The notes beneath the pieces were generated by a model, which saw only the letters and a program-made list of their open reading frames with translations, did not search any database and had not been told where the DNA came from. DNA of 64,000 nucleotides, from assembly GCA_031414215.1 (NCBI GenBank), contig JANNVB010000049.1, positions 14,862 through 78,861 of the forward strand, written 5' to 3'. Source of the stretch: Polaromonas sp. (GTDB lineage: Bacteria; Pseudomonadota; Gammaproteobacteria; Burkholderiales; Burkholderiaceae_C). The translations under genes were made by a program, and so were the position numbers. Shown here in pieces: positions 26,809-36,012 of the stretch (positions are counted from its first letter, which is position 1; each line of letters begins with the position of its first letter).

Positions 26809-27921
26809 ATGTTATTCCAATCTTCCATACGCAGAGAGCTGGCCCGGAGTTTCGGGGCTACGTTTGTTGTCTTGATCACCATTGTGCTGACCATTGTGCT
26901 GATACGCACATTGGGTCAAGCCTCACGCGGCGTTATCAACCCGCAAGATGTGATGCTGTTCATGGCCTATTCGGCTCTGGGCCGTCTGCCCACCATTTTG
27001 ACGTTGTCGCTGTTCATTGCCATGGTAGGCACTTTGTCGCGCATGTACCGTGACAGTGAAATGGTGGTCTGGTTTAGCAGTGGTCGCAGTTTGATGGGCT
27101 TTTTGGCACCGCTGTTTCGCTTTGCTTGGCCCGTGTTACTGATTGTTGCTTTGACATCCTTGTTTATTTGGCCCTGGACAAACCAGCAAACCCGCGACAT
27201 GCAGCAGCGTTACGCAGGGCGAAGCGATATTGACCGCATTGCGCCGGGACAGTTCCAGGAGTCATCTGGTGGGAATCGGGTGTTTTTCATTGATCGGGAT
27301 GCCAAAACTGATCAGAAATCAAGCAACAACGTCTTCATCGCCGCAAATGAAAAAGGTAAAAACTCCATCACCACCGCACGTTCTGGCCGGATTGAAATTA
27401 CTGGCGAAAAACAGGTACTGATTTTAGAAAACGGCCAGCGCCTGGAAAACGAGAACGGCAAGAACAGCTTGAAGATCAGCAATTTTGAAGAGTACGGCAG
27501 CGCGGTAGGCAGTACTGCCCAAGAAAACACAGAGGCCAGCGATGCCAAGCTGCTGTCTATACCTGTGTTGTTGAGCGCACCGACACGTGCCAACCTGAGT
27601 GAGTTGGCCTGGCGGCTTGGGCTGGCAGTGGCTGCCATCAATTTTGTGGTGCTGGCAGTGGCGCTGGCCAATGTCAACCCGCGAGGTGGACGCAGCGGCA
27701 ACTTTGTTTTTGTGGTGCTGACTTTTTTGGTCTACAACAACCTCGTAAACCTGGGGCAAAGCTGGATTTTGGGCGGGCTGGTGAGTTTTGGCGGATGGCT
27801 GATGCTGCTGCATGGCGGCGTCTTGCTGCTGGGCTTGCTGTGGCTGGCCAAGCGCAACGCCAACTGGACGCTGCGTTCGGCTTTTCGCACACGTCCCAAA
27901 CTGAACAGGGCGGCCGCATGA
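26809..27921 (+). CDS. lptF: LPS export ABC permease LptF
   Basis: YjgP/YjgQ family. MLFQSSIRRELARSFGATFVVL. Divergent from pepA, as in many proteobacteria. Confidence 0.85.
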   Translation: MLFQSSIRRELARSFGATFVVLITIVLTIVLIRTLGQASRGVINPQDVMLFMAYSALGRLPTILTLSLFIAMVGTLSRMYRDSEMVVWFSSGRSLMGFLAPLFRFAWPVLLIVALTSLFIWPWTNQQTRDMQQRYAGRSDIDRIAPGQFQESSGGNRVFFIDRDAKTDQKSSNNVFIAANEKGKNSITTARSGRIEITGEKQVLILENGQRLENENGKNSLKISNFEEYGSAVGSTAQENTEASDAKLLSIPVLLSAPTRANLSELAWRLGLAVAAINFVVLAVALANVNPRGGRSGNFVFVVLTFLVYNNLVNLGQSWILGGLVSFGGWLMLLHGGVLLLGLLWLAKRNANWTLRSAFRTRPKLNRAAA

Positions 27922-29078
27922 AAACCATTCGCCGTCTGATTTATGGCGAGGTGCTGACAGCCATTGCTTTGGTCGCGATGGGTTTTTTAGCGCTCTTCTT
28001 CTTTTTTGACATGGTCGATGAGTTGCAATATCTGGGCAAAAACAATGGCTTGCCCAGCGGCCTGCCCACAGCCAGTGACATCTATCAAATCCGTCATGCG
28101 CTGGTGTACGTGGGTCTGTTAGTGCCCAACCACCTGTACGAGTTGCTACCCATATCGGTGCTGATCGGCACTATTTTTGTGATGGCCAGAATGGCACAAA
28201 GCTCTGAATACACGATTTTGCGAACCAGCGGCCTGGACCCCTGGCGGGCGCTGAAAATGTTGCTCAATTTGGGCGCGATTTTTGTGGTGCTGAGCTTTGC
28301 AATCGGCGATTATTTGGCACCATTGAGTGAGCGCACCGCCCAACTGCTCAAAGCCAGGTACCAAGGCACCATCACGGTTGGCCAAACTGGCGCTTGGCTG
28401 AAAGAAAAGCAGGCCTACAACACCGTGATTGCCAACGTCAGAACACTCTCCCCAGACAACGAGATGCTGGGCTTGCAGATATTTGAATTCAACAACAAAG
28501 GCTTGGTGGTGTCAAAAATGCAAGCCGCTAGCGCCTCCTTTGGGCTAGACGATTCATGGCAACTGCACAGTGTGACGCGTACCGAGTTCAATGTAGTACC
28601 GGACACAACCCAGCAAAGCAATCCAGCTAAACAGACAGCCGATGTGGCTCGCAATTCAATCGCCAACTTTCGCTGGCCCACTGAAATTACCCAGGAGATG
28701 GTGTCGGTGGCGCTACTCAAGCCTGAGCGCATGGGCACGCTGGATTTGTTCAATTACATTCGCCACCTCGATGCCAACGGCCAGTCTGCCCAGCGCTATG
28801 AAATTGAGTTTTGGAAAAAGGTTTTTTACCCACTCAGCTGCCTGGTGATGGTGATGCTGGCTTTGCCGTTCGCCTATTTGCATTTCCGTTCTGGCGGCAT
28901 TGCTGCTTACGTGTTTGCTGGCGTCATGATTGGCATCAGTTTCTTTTTGCTCAACAACGTTTTTGGCTATGTGGGCAACCTGCAAAACTGGCAACCCTGG
29001 CTTGCCGCTGCTGCGCCGGGCATGCTGTACATGGGCATTTCATTGGGCGCCTTTGGCTGGCTGGTTTTGAGACGTTAG
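27918..29078 (+). CDS. lptG: LPS export ABC permease LptG
   Basis: ATG 27918 (MKTIRRLIYGEVL...) with an ATGA overlap with lptF. YjgP/YjgQ family. Confidence 0.85.
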   Translation: MKTIRRLIYGEVLTAIALVAMGFLALFFFFDMVDELQYLGKNNGLPSGLPTASDIYQIRHALVYVGLLVPNHLYELLPISVLIGTIFVMARMAQSSEYTILRTSGLDPWRALKMLLNLGAIFVVLSFAIGDYLAPLSERTAQLLKARYQGTITVGQTGAWLKEKQAYNTVIANVRTLSPDNEMLGLQIFEFNNKGLVVSKMQAASASFGLDDSWQLHSVTRTEFNVVPDTTQQSNPAKQTADVARNSIANFRWPTEITQEMVSVALLKPERMGTLDLFNYIRHLDANGQSAQRYEIEFWKKVFYPLSCLVMVMLALPFAYLHFRSGGIAAYVFAGVMIGISFFLLNNVFGYVGNLQNWQPWLAAAAPGMLYMGISLGAFGWLVLRR

Positions 29079-29101
29079 ATAACGATAGGCACACACTAAG
29101 C

Positions 29102-29461
29102 ATGACAACTGGCATTCTTCTTTTTGCGCATGGTTCACGTGACCCGCAGTGGCGACTACCGATTGAAGCCGTCGCCACGCAAATCTCCCAACGCCAACCC
29201 GGCACGCTGGTACGCTGCGCCTATTTGGAGCTTTGTCTCCCATCGCTGCCCGATGCCGCTACAGATTTAATAGCTGCTGGCGCCCACCAATTAAGGGTTT
29301 TTCCGTTATTTTTAGGTGTTGGGAAGCATGCCAGAGAAGACTTGCCCCTGCTCATCGATGAAATTCGTGCGGCTCACCCAGGCGTCACTGTCGAGCTGTT
29401 GCCCACGGCAGGCGAATCGGAAAAGCTGACCTCACTCATGGCCGATATTGCACTTTCGTAA
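29102..29461 (+). CDS. CbiX/SirB-type (sirohydrochlorin) chelatase, short form
   Basis: MTTGILLFAHGSRDPQW...VFPLFLGVGKHARED. ATG 29102 chosen. The track ORF 28811.. overlaps lptG. Confidence 0.65.
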   Translation: MTTGILLFAHGSRDPQWRLPIEAVATQISQRQPGTLVRCAYLELCLPSLPDAATDLIAAGAHQLRVFPLFLGVGKHAREDLPLLIDEIRAAHPGVTVELLPTAGESEKLTSLMADIALS

Positions 29462-29529
29462 GGGACCAGGCTGGGTGGGCTTTAGTGTCAAAATAGCATA
29501 ATGAAAATAACAATCAGTGAATATTTGAT

Positions 29530-30468
29530 ATGAATCTCCACCAGTTCCGGTTTGTTCAAGAAGCCGTTCGCCGCAAGCTGAACCTGACAGAAACCGCGCG
29601 CGTCCTGCACACATCGCAACCCGGCGTCTCCAAAGCCATCATCGAGCTTGAAGAAGAATTGGGCGTTGAAATTTTTGCGCGCCACGGCAAACGCCTCAAA
29701 CGCGTCACAGAGCCCGGCGAGCACGTGCTCAAAAGCATAGACCTCATCCTGCGCGAAGTGGGTAACCTCAGGCGCATTGGCGAGCAATACTCCAAGCAAG
29801 ACAGCGGCACGCTGTCGATTGCCACCACCCACACCCAAGCCCGGTACGTGCTGCCGCAGCCGGTGGCCAAGCTGCGTGAAGCTTTCCCTAAAGTCAATGT
29901 CAGCTTGCATCAAGGCTCGCCCGACCAGGTCGCCCAGATGCTGATGGACGAGGTGGCTGAAATTGGCATTGCCACGGAGTCGTTAACGCACTACGCGGAC
30001 TTGATCACCCTGCCCTGCTATGAGTGGCAACACATGCTGGTGTTGCCGCTGGCGCATCCATTGGCGAACAAAACCAACATCACACTGCAAGACTTGGCGC
30101 TTGAACCGTTGATCACATACCACCCATCATTTACAGGCCGCACCAAAATTGACCAAGCCTTTGCAGCCAAACGCTTGCAGCCACGCATAGCGCTGGAAGC
30201 GATTGATTCAGACGTGATCAAAACCTATGTGCGCCTTGGGCTGGGCGTTGGCATTGTGGCTGAAATGGCCCTCAAAGACGACGGCACCAACAGTGACTTG
30301 ATAGCGATCCCTGCTGGACATTTGTTTGGCGTGAACGTGGCGCGAGTGGCCTTCAAGCGCAGCGCCTACCTGCGCAATTTTGTCTACACTTTTGCAGAGT
30401 TGCTCAGCAGCGATTTGACCCGCAGTGCGATTGAAAAAACCATGTCAGGTCATAGCAGCGATTTTTGA
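29530..30468 (+). CDS. cysB: CysB-type LysR-family regulator
   Basis: MNLHQFRFVQEAVRRKLNLTETARVLHTSQPGVSKAIIELEEELGVEIF...IATTHTQARYVLP is highly CysB/Cbl-like. Confidence 0.75.
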   Translation: MNLHQFRFVQEAVRRKLNLTETARVLHTSQPGVSKAIIELEEELGVEIFARHGKRLKRVTEPGEHVLKSIDLILREVGNLRRIGEQYSKQDSGTLSIATTHTQARYVLPQPVAKLREAFPKVNVSLHQGSPDQVAQMLMDEVAEIGIATESLTHYADLITLPCYEWQHMLVLPLAHPLANKTNITLQDLALEPLITYHPSFTGRTKIDQAFAAKRLQPRIALEAIDSDVIKTYVRLGLGVGIVAEMALKDDGTNSDLIAIPAGHLFGVNVARVAFKRSAYLRNFVYTFAELLSSDLTRSAIEKTMSGHSSDF

Positions 30469-30496
30469 TATTTTAATTTTGAGATCCATTCAGCCC

Positions 30497-31678
30497 ATGA
30501 ACTCTGTCATTGAACGAACCCCACAACTCAAAACCAAGTTACCAACCGTCGGCACCACCATCTTCACGGTGATGTCGACCTTGGCCGCAGAGAAGAACGC
30601 CGTCAATCTGGGCCAAGGGTTTCCGGATTTTGAATGCGACCCCAAACTGGTCGACGCAGTGACACACGCCATGACCCAAGGCTTGAACCAGTACCCGCCC
30701 ATGCCCGGCGTACCTGTGCTGCGCGAAGCGATATCAGCCAAACTGCTCAAGCTCTACGGACGCAGCTACAACGCCAACACCGAAATCACCGTGACTGCTG
30801 GCGCAACCCAGGCCATCATTACCGCTATATTGGCCGTGGTACACCCTGCCGACGAAGTCATCGTGCTGGAGCCCTGCTACGACAGCTATGTACCCAACAT
30901 TGAGCTGGCAGGCGGCGTGGTGGTGCGTGTGCCTTTGGTTCCGGGCACGTTCAGGCCAGACTTTGACAAAATCAGCGCGGCCATGACACCCAAAACGCGC
31001 GCCATCTTGGTCAATTCACCGCACAACCCCAGCGCCACGGTTTGGACTGAGGCCGACATGCTGAAGTTGCAAGACCTGTTAGCGCCCACCGATGTGCTGC
31101 TGATCAGCGACGAGGTGTACGAGCACATGGTGTTTGACGCCGACAAGGGTATAGGGCAAATTCACCAAAGCGCCGCACGCTTTGCAGGCTTGGCGGCACG
31201 CGCTTTCATCGTCAGCAGTTTTGGCAAGACCTACCATGTGACGGGCTGGAAGGTGGGTTATGTGGCTGCGCCTGCTGCCTTGATGGCTGAGTTCCGCAAG
31301 GTGCATCAGTTCAACGTGTTCACCGTCAACACACCCGTGCAATATGGCTTGGCCAGCTATATGGCCAACGAGGCTGCTTATCTGGACTTGCCCGCTTTTT
31401 ACCAGCGCAAACGCGATTTGTTTCGCGCAGGCTTGGCCAAAACCCGCTTCAAGCTGCTGCCCAGCGAAGGCAGCTATTTTCAATGTGTCGATATTTCAGA
31501 CGTGAGCGACTTGAACGAAGCCGATTTTTGCAAATGGATCACCGCTGAAATCGGTGTGGCGGCGATACCGCTGTCTGCTTTTTACGGCAACGCTTTTGAC
31601 CAGCGCGTGGTGCGCTTTTGCTTTGCCAAAAAAGACGAAACGCTGAATGCTGCTTTGGCGCGGCTGGCGCGTTTGTAG
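30497..31678 (+). CDS. PLP-dependent aminotransferase (YbdL/methionine aminotransferase-like)
   Basis: ...KLPTVGTTIFTVMSTLAAEKNAVNLGQGFPDF...NQYPPMPG...SSFGKTYHVTGWKVGY (PLP lysine). ATG 30497. Confidence 0.85.
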   Translation: MNSVIERTPQLKTKLPTVGTTIFTVMSTLAAEKNAVNLGQGFPDFECDPKLVDAVTHAMTQGLNQYPPMPGVPVLREAISAKLLKLYGRSYNANTEITVTAGATQAIITAILAVVHPADEVIVLEPCYDSYVPNIELAGGVVVRVPLVPGTFRPDFDKISAAMTPKTRAILVNSPHNPSATVWTEADMLKLQDLLAPTDVLLISDEVYEHMVFDADKGIGQIHQSAARFAGLAARAFIVSSFGKTYHVTGWKVGYVAAPAALMAEFRKVHQFNVFTVNTPVQYGLASYMANEAAYLDLPAFYQRKRDLFRAGLAKTRFKLLPSEGSYFQCVDISDVSDLNEADFCKWITAEIGVAAIPLSAFYGNAFDQRVVRFCFAKKDETLNAALARLARL

Positions 31679-31750
31679 AAACAGCGTCGGCATTGGCTGA
31701 CGACTTGATGCGCCATGCGCCTGTTTGATAATTGAATATTGGAATCAAAA

Positions 31751-31779
31751 ATAAATGCTTCATAACAAGGAGCATTTAT
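31751..31779 (+). promoter_or_regulatory. perfect 9-bp hairpin occluding the SD and start codon of the following small gene
   Basis: ATAAATGCT (31751-59) / AGCATTTAT (31771-79) with an 11-nt loop. The AAGGAG SD (31767-72) and the AT of the ATG (31778) lie in or next to the stem. Confidence 0.4.
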
Positions 31780-31936
31780 GTCTATCTCCCTCATCCTGCT
31801 GATCGTTTTAATTCTGATTCTGGTCGGCGCATTGCCTACCTGGGGTCACAGCCGCAGTTGGGGATATGGCCCGAGTGGTGGCTTGGGACTGGTCGTGATT
31901 ATTTTGATCGTCTTGTTGCTCATGGGGCGCATCTAA
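31778..31936 (+). CDS. DUF3309-like small membrane protein (52 aa)
   Basis: Found by eye, since it is below the track's size cut-off. MSISLILLIVLILILVGALPTWGHSRSWGYGPSGGLGLVVIILIVLLLMGRI. Good SD. Confidence 0.6.
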   Translation: MSISLILLIVLILILVGALPTWGHSRSWGYGPSGGLGLVVIILIVLLLMGRI

Positions 31937-31956
31937 AAACATTCGGGTGGCTGGCG

Positions 31957-34900
31957 TCAACTGTTCAGTTGCAGCCATACCTTCTCAAGCCGTTTGATGC
32001 TAACGGGTTGCGGTGTGCGCAGTTCCTGTGCAAAAAAGCTCACCCGTAACTCCTCCAACAGCCATCGAAACTCTTGCATGCGCGCATCGCTTGCACCCTT
32101 GCGTTCGGCCACCAGTCGCAAGTAGCGTTGTTCTTGGGGTTTGAGCTCTAACATCTTGGCGGCATCTCGTGCCGGGTCCGATCGCCACTTGTCCAGCCGA
32201 GCCGTGATGGCTTTGAGATAGCGCGGAAAGTGTTGCAACTGCGTGTACGGCGTGGCGGTTAAAAACCGTTTGGGGACCAGCCGCTGCAACTGCTGGGCGC
32301 AGTCGGCGCTGGCCTCAACCGCATTTTTTGTGTCCTTGACCTTGCGCTGTGCAACCGTGAATTCAAACAGAACACCGCCCGCCAATCGCGCGATTTCAGT
32401 AGCTATCAGCGTCAGCCGACCGCGACCTTCTTCCAGGCGCTTTTTGAACTCCGCTTCATTGGTTGGCAAAGGCTCCAGCAAAAACGTCCTCGCCAAGGCG
32501 ACTTCAAGAATTTGCCCACGCAATTCCTCCAGCGTTCCGCCACCTGAATTGTCTGCAGCGCGACCCACCAGCATGTAGGCTGTGGCCATTTTCTGCAGAT
32601 CGGGCAGGTTTTTTTCTAGGTACTTGATGGCGTCCTTGATTTGCAGCGCAAACAGGCGGGACAGCCCTGCCCGGTGTTTGGCAGCGGCAAGTTCAGGTTC
32701 GTCAAAGACTTCTATCGTCACGGCATCGACCAAATCGATCAACGCCGGAAACCCAATCAGTGTTTGCGCTCCCTTTCTAATCTCCATCAGCTCAGGCAGC
32801 TCGCCAAAGGCCCAACTGGTGTAGCGCTCAAGCGATTTATGCGCTATTATTTTAGGAGCTGCTTGCTCCCGTATTTGTTGGTTTGGAGGTCTATTTGATA
32901 CCTCAAAAGCATTCAAAACAGGTGTTTTTGAGGTATCAAGGCTTGAAACAGCCAAATTCTTCAGCCCGGCCAGCGCCTGAAACGCCCCGCGCGCCTGCAC
33001 ACCCAAGTCCCCTTTGAGCCCGGCCAGGCTGCGCCCTGCACCCAGTTGCCGGCCATGCTCATCGACCACTCTAAAGTTCATGAACAAGTGTGGCGCTAGC
33101 ATGTCCAGCTTCAAGTCGCCGCGTTTGACATCAACCGCCGTGGCATCGCGCACCAACTTCAACACCGCATCCGTCAATGAGCCTGTACCGAAGACTTCGG
33201 CCTGGCTCAGTTGCTCGGTCATGCGGGCTGCGGTGTCAGGCAGCGGCACCAGGCGCGAGCGGGGCCGCTGGTGCAGGGTTTTGATGAGTGCCTGCACTTT
33301 GTCTTTCAGCATACCCGGCACCAGCCACTCGCAGCGCTCCTCATTGACCTGGTTCAGGGCAAACAGCGGCACATCCACCGTCACGCCGTCTTTTGCATCA
33401 CCTGGCTCATGAAGATACGTGGCCGTGCAGTCCACCCCGCCCAAACGAAGAATTTTCGGAAAAGCCTGCGTCGTGATGCCTGCCGCCTCGTGGCGCATCA
33501 GCTCTTCCTGGGTCAACAAGAGCAGCTTGGGCTGCTTTTTAATTTCTTCCTTGTACCAGGCCTCGCAGCTCGCACCGCTGCAAACATCCGCTGGCAGCTG
33601 CTGGTCGTAAAAGGCGTAAATCAGCTCTTCATCGACCAACACATCTTGCCTGCGGGCTTTGTGCTCCAGGTCTTGGACTTTGGCGATCAGCTTTTCATTG
33701 GCCTTTAGGAATCCGAGCGGCGTATCCCAGTTGCCAGCGACCAAGGCTTCGCGAATGAAAACCTCACGCGCTGCCACTGGGTCAACCCGGCCAAAGTTGA
33801 CGCGCCGCCCGCTGTAAACCACCAAACCATAAAGTGTGGCGCGCTCCAACGCGGTGACTTGCGCGGCTTTTTTCTCCCAATGCGGGTCGAGCAATTGCTT
33901 TTTGAGTAAGTGGCCTGCGACCTGCTCGATCCACTGCGGCTCAATATTGGCAATGCCACGGCCAAAAAGGCGTGTGGTCTCCACCAGCTCGGCGGCCACG
34001 ATCCAGCGACCTGGCTTTTTGCTGAGGTTAGCGCCGGGGTGGCGATAAAACTTAATGCCGCGTGCGCCTAAGTACCAGTCTTCCTCGTCGCTCTTTTGAC
34101 CCAGGTTACCGAGCAAGCCGCACAGCATGGACTGGTGCAGTTGCTCGTAGCTGGCGGGTTTGGTGTTGATGTCCCAGTGCTGCTCGGCCACGGTACTGAC
34201 GAGTTGGGAATGGATGTCGCGCCACTCGCGAACCCGACGCATGTTGATGAAGTTTTCCCTCAACAAATTTTCGTGTTGACGGTTGGAAAGCTTATGTGTT
34301 TGGAGGGTCAGACCCCGATTACCGGAGGTGTCCGCGCCAGCGGGCGGCTCGGTAGATCGGGCTCTGACCCCCACACTTTGTAAGTCCCCGCCCCGCCCAC
34401 CACGCGAATCCCCAAGCCACTTCCAAAGCTTCAAATAACCCACAAACTCGCTTTTTTCGTCGTCAAACTTGGCATGCGCCTGGTCAGCCTGGGCTTGCTT
34501 GTCCATCGGACGGTCACGCACGTCTTGCACGCTCAGGGCGCTGGCGATCACCAATACTTCGTCTAACGCGCCACGGCTTTTGGCCTCCAAAATCATGCGG
34601 CCCACGCGCGGGTCCAGCGGCAGCTTGGCCAGCGTGTGGCCAACGGCGGTGAGTTCGTTGTCGTCGTCCACTGCACCCAACTCGGCCAGCAACTGGTAGC
34701 CGTCTGTCATGGCGCGGCGCTGAGGCGCTTCGATGAAGGCGAAGTCTTCAATCGCACCCAGATGCAGCGCCTTCATGCGCAAAATAACTGCGGCCAATGA
34801 GCTGCGCAAAATCTCGGGGTCGGTAAATCGCTGGCGGCCAGCAAAGTCTTGCGCGTCATACAGCCGTATGCAAATGCCGTCGGCCACCCGGCCGCAGCGC

Positions 34901-35976
34901 CCGGCGCGCTGGTTGGCGGCAGCCTGGCTGATCGGCTCGACCATCAACTGCTCCACCTTGCTCCTGAAGCTGTAGCGTTTGACGCGCGCTGTACCTGCGT
35001 CAATCACATACCGAATCCCCGGTACGGTGAGCGACGTTTCAGCCACATTGGTGGCCAACACGATGCGGCGGTTGTTGTGGTTGGCAAAAATCTGGTCCTG
35101 CTCCGCGGGGCTCAGGCGTGCAAACAACGGCAGCACATCGGCACCGCGATTCAGAGGCTGGTGTGCCAAATGCTTGCGCAGGTGGTCAGCAGCTTCCCTG
35201 ATTTCACGCTCTCCCGGCAAAAAAACCAGAATGTCGCCAGCGTTGTGCGGGCTGAGCCACAGCTCGTCCACGGCATCGGCAATTGCATCGTTCAGGTCAT
35301 AGTCGCGCGATTCTTCAAACGGTCTGTATCTTTGCTCAACCGGAAACATCCGACCAGAAACCATGATGACCGGGGAAGGCCCTTTTGCGGACGCAAAGTA
35401 TTCAGCAAACCGGTTCGCATCAATCGTCGCCGACGTGATGATGACTTTCAAATCGGGTCGGCGCGGCAGCAACTGGCGCAGGTAGCCGAGTAAAAAGTCG
35501 ATGTTCAAGCTGCGCTCGTGCGCCTCATCAATGATGATGGTGTCATAGGCATTGAGCAGCGGGTCGGTTTGCGTCTCAGCCAGCAAAATACCTTCGGTCA
35601 TCAGCTTCACGGATGCGTCCCGGCTCAGGCGGTCCTGAAACCGCACCTTGAAACCCACCACATCGCCCAGCGGTGTTTTAAGTTCTTCCGCTATGCGCTT
35701 GGCCACACTGGATGCAGCAATGCGCCTCGGCTGGGTGTGGCCAATCAGTTTGGCGCGCTGGCCAGCCGGGTAGTTGAGTTTGCCGCGCCCCATGGCCAGC
35801 AAAATTTTGGGCAGTTGCGTGGTTTTGCCAGAGCCGGTTTCACCGCAAACAATCACCACTTGATGCGCGGCAATGGCGGCAGTGATCTCCGCCCGTTTGC
35901 CTGATACGGGCAGCGATTCAGGAAAATCGATGTGCAAAGGTGATGGTGTGTCTACAGGCAAGGACGTGATGCTCAA
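31957..35976 (-). CDS. hrpA: ATP-dependent RNA helicase HrpA (DEAH-box)
   Basis: GETGSGKTTQLPK, IIDEAHERS, ITSATID, QRAGRCGR motifs. 1339 aa. The only available start is TTG 35976, with a GAGG SD. Carries two repeat elements in frame. Confidence 0.95.
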   Translation of the reverse strand: MSITSLPVDTPSPLHIDFPESLPVSGKRAEITAAIAAHQVVIVCGETGSGKTTQLPKILLAMGRGKLNYPAGQRAKLIGHTQPRRIAASSVAKRIAEELKTPLGDVVGFKVRFQDRLSRDASVKLMTEGILLAETQTDPLLNAYDTIIIDEAHERSLNIDFLLGYLRQLLPRRPDLKVIITSATIDANRFAEYFASAKGPSPVIMVSGRMFPVEQRYRPFEESRDYDLNDAIADAVDELWLSPHNAGDILVFLPGEREIREAADHLRKHLAHQPLNRGADVLPLFARLSPAEQDQIFANHNNRRIVLATNVAETSLTVPGIRYVIDAGTARVKRYSFRSKVEQLMVEPISQAAANQRAGRCGRVADGICIRLYDAQDFAGRQRFTDPEILRSSLAAVILRMKALHLGAIEDFAFIEAPQRRAMTDGYQLLAELGAVDDDNELTAVGHTLAKLPLDPRVGRMILEAKSRGALDEVLVIASALSVQDVRDRPMDKQAQADQAHAKFDDEKSEFVGYLKLWKWLGDSRGGRGGDLQSVGVRARSTEPPAGADTSGNRGLTLQTHKLSNRQHENLLRENFINMRRVREWRDIHSQLVSTVAEQHWDINTKPASYEQLHQSMLCGLLGNLGQKSDEEDWYLGARGIKFYRHPGANLSKKPGRWIVAAELVETTRLFGRGIANIEPQWIEQVAGHLLKKQLLDPHWEKKAAQVTALERATLYGLVVYSGRRVNFGRVDPVAAREVFIREALVAGNWDTPLGFLKANEKLIAKVQDLEHKARRQDVLVDEELIYAFYDQQLPADVCSGASCEAWYKEEIKKQPKLLLLTQEELMRHEAAGITTQAFPKILRLGGVDCTATYLHEPGDAKDGVTVDVPLFALNQVNEERCEWLVPGMLKDKVQALIKTLHQRPRSRLVPLPDTAARMTEQLSQAEVFGTGSLTDAVLKLVRDATAVDVKRGDLKLDMLAPHLFMNFRVVDEHGRQLGAGRSLAGLKGDLGVQARGAFQALAGLKNLAVSSLDTSKTPVLNAFEVSNRPPNQQIREQAAPKIIAHKSLERYTSWAFGELPELMEIRKGAQTLIGFPALIDLVDAVTIEVFDEPELAAAKHRAGLSRLFALQIKDAIKYLEKNLPDLQKMATAYMLVGRAADNSGGGTLEELRGQILEVALARTFLLEPLPTNEAEFKKRLEEGRGRLTLIATEIARLAGGVLFEFTVAQRKVKDTKNAVEASADCAQQLQRLVPKRFLTATPYTQLQHFPRYLKAITARLDKWRSDPARDAAKMLELKPQEQRYLRLVAERKGASDARMQEFRWLLEELRVSFFAQELRTPQPVSIKRLEKVWLQLNS
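32843..32960 (+). repeat. Family-A repeat, left half-element inside the hrpA ORF (in frame)
   Basis: gctattattttaggagcTGCTTGCTCCCGTATTTGTTGGtttggaggtc... plus an internal 12-bp hairpin gatacctcaaaa/ttttgaggtatc. Translated on the minus strand as ...SSLDTSKTPVLNAFEVSNRPPNQQIREQAAPKIIAHKS... Confidence 0.85.
34305..34370. repeat. Family-B palindromic (REP-like) element inside the hrpA ORF (in frame)
   Basis: GGGTCAGACCCCGAT (34305-19) and ATCGGGCTCTGACCC (34356-70) are 14/15 inverted repeats. Translated as ...GVRARSTEPPAGADTSGNRGLTL... Confidence 0.75.
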
Positions 35977-36012
35977 AGCCTCACATTATCAACGCCCACA
36001 GCTGATACTGCG

